A DNA stretch of 62,699 nt, the filler included, from Sphacelaria rigidula (lineage: Eukaryota): NCBI GenBank assembly GCA_964200075.2. It is 11 parts of 11 records of this genome, joined end to end, with 100 filler letters (N's around TTAATTAATTAA, not from the genome) between each part and the next. Parts side by side here need not be neighbours in the genome. Positions count along the whole stretch, not along the records: positions 57,091 to 62,699 come from CAXNAA020025898.1; 10 more parts are not named here. The stretch is one strand, 5' to 3'. Below, piece by piece: positions 61,394-62,699 of the stretch (its first letter is position 1; each line of letters starts with the position of its first letter). The notes under the pieces were generated by a model. The model ran no database searches, was not told the DNA's origin, and worked only from the letters and a program-made list of their open reading frames with translations. Made by a program: the position numbers and the translations under genes.

Positions 61394-62627
61394 GCGAGTG
61401 GCGAGTGCCCCTGCACTTGTGCATGAAGAGATGGAAAATCTGCGTCGAAAACAATGCTGTACAAACCTCACCACAATCCATTTCAAAAGCGCACCGATGC
61501 TGATCGACCTCCAGGGCGTGTTTTTGTTGGCGGTGGTGGGTTGTCCTCGGGGCGTGTGTACAGTGCTTGTACAGTGCTCTCCGAGAAAAGGTGCCTATTG
61601 CTTTAATTTGGATTATTTGTTCATATATGTTCTGCAGCTCGCTAGCTTACTTCTCCGGACCCCAATAGCCATGTCTCTGTACAACCAGCGTCTCCTACCA
61701 CGAAGTCGAAAGATATAATTTGTCGTGGTGAGATACATTCGTGTGGTCATGGGCGTAGCGGGATCCGCAACTCGGGGCTGAGAGCTATCTCCCCGGAAGA
61801 TATCGGAGCAATCTCAACTACAATCTTGATAAAGATGTATATTTACATCCTTCTGCCCAAAAACACTAAAGTGTATTGAGGTGAAGCATTGTAAAATGTG
61901 GCTGCAGCCGGGTGCCTCTTACAGGTACGGAGTGAAGAACTTTCTTTCTGTATTTTGCGAGTTGGTCTGAAAATGACCCGCAAAATACGTGAGAGTAGAT
62001 TTTGCAGCGAGTTCTGTTGTCGAGGCGAAGTAGGCTTGCTGATACGGTTCGAGCTGCTACTTTTTTCTACTGCTTTCGATGCATCCTCGTCCTCTGTGTC
62101 GTCCCCTCCTCGAGACGAGTGCACAATCGCATCGAATCAAACCCTGTCTTCTTCGGCATCTGCATTGCAATGTAGTATCAGTCGTTGAATCAGCAATCCC
62201 GCAGCCCTCTGACTTTGTTCGACTTTTTTCACCTGCTGTGTGGTGGTATTTCTGTTCCCCATGGTTTAGCTACCGTATCACACAACAACCTAAACAGTTT
62301 CCGCGTGATTTTTTGGACGTTGTGCCTGGTATTGGTATGTGTTTCGTATATTTGCTGTGTTTCGTTGCTTTTGTGTGCGTGTGTGCGTGCTTTCCATCCG
62401 AGTCGGAAGCGCCTCCCAAGAGGCACATGTTTCCGCCCGAAAGGGTGGTGTTTCTCTCGTGCGATCCGGCCTCGGAATTTTTATCTCCGGACCGCGGGTC
62501 TCGGCGACGGAGCTAATGTGAAGATTAAAACCCCGGCACATTTCAACCGTGGGTTCGTAATGAACGAGCTCATGTGGTTTCGAGCTAGTATGTCTGTACC
62601 TTGAAGACCAATCACCACTGCCCCCAG

Positions 62628-62659
<32 letters not shown>

Positions 62660-62699
62660 GCCCACACCCCCCCCCCCCTCGCCACCCCACCCCCCCCCA

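Overview
This window is not one locus. It is 11 unrelated contigs of exactly 5,609 bp, joined by 100-bp N/TTAATTAATTAA/N spacers, so no adjacency across a spacer is meaningful. The DNA is eukaryotic, intron-rich and repeat-rich. It is most likely from a photosynthetic stramenopile such as a brown alga, inferred from a spliced nuclear sigma-70 gene with an ASAFAP-like bipartite plastid-targeting leader. Host gene fragments: plastid sigma factor (2 exons), a divergent second plastid-targeted gene, EFL1/Ria1 GTPase (2 exons, GC donor), a CudA-like transcription-factor domain (2 exons), a bZIP exon and a probable CocE/NonD hydrolase exon. Mobile DNA dominates: a chromodomain Ty3/Gypsy with a 1.2-kb LTR, a gag-only LTR element, three decayed copies of an APE-RT LINE, a tRNA-derived SINE family and many MITE-like elements. 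The most unusual signal is a LINE plus a ~300-nt partner element sharing a structured 3' end that abuts poly(C) rather than poly(A). Tiny 27-nt insertions of this end are flanked by 13-14 bp target duplications starting with CCCCC, suggesting a poly(C)/poly(G)-targeted retrotransposition system. A hAT-like MITE packed with TGACGT (bZIP/aureochrome-type) sites is also notable. All family assignments are by eye, with no database searches.
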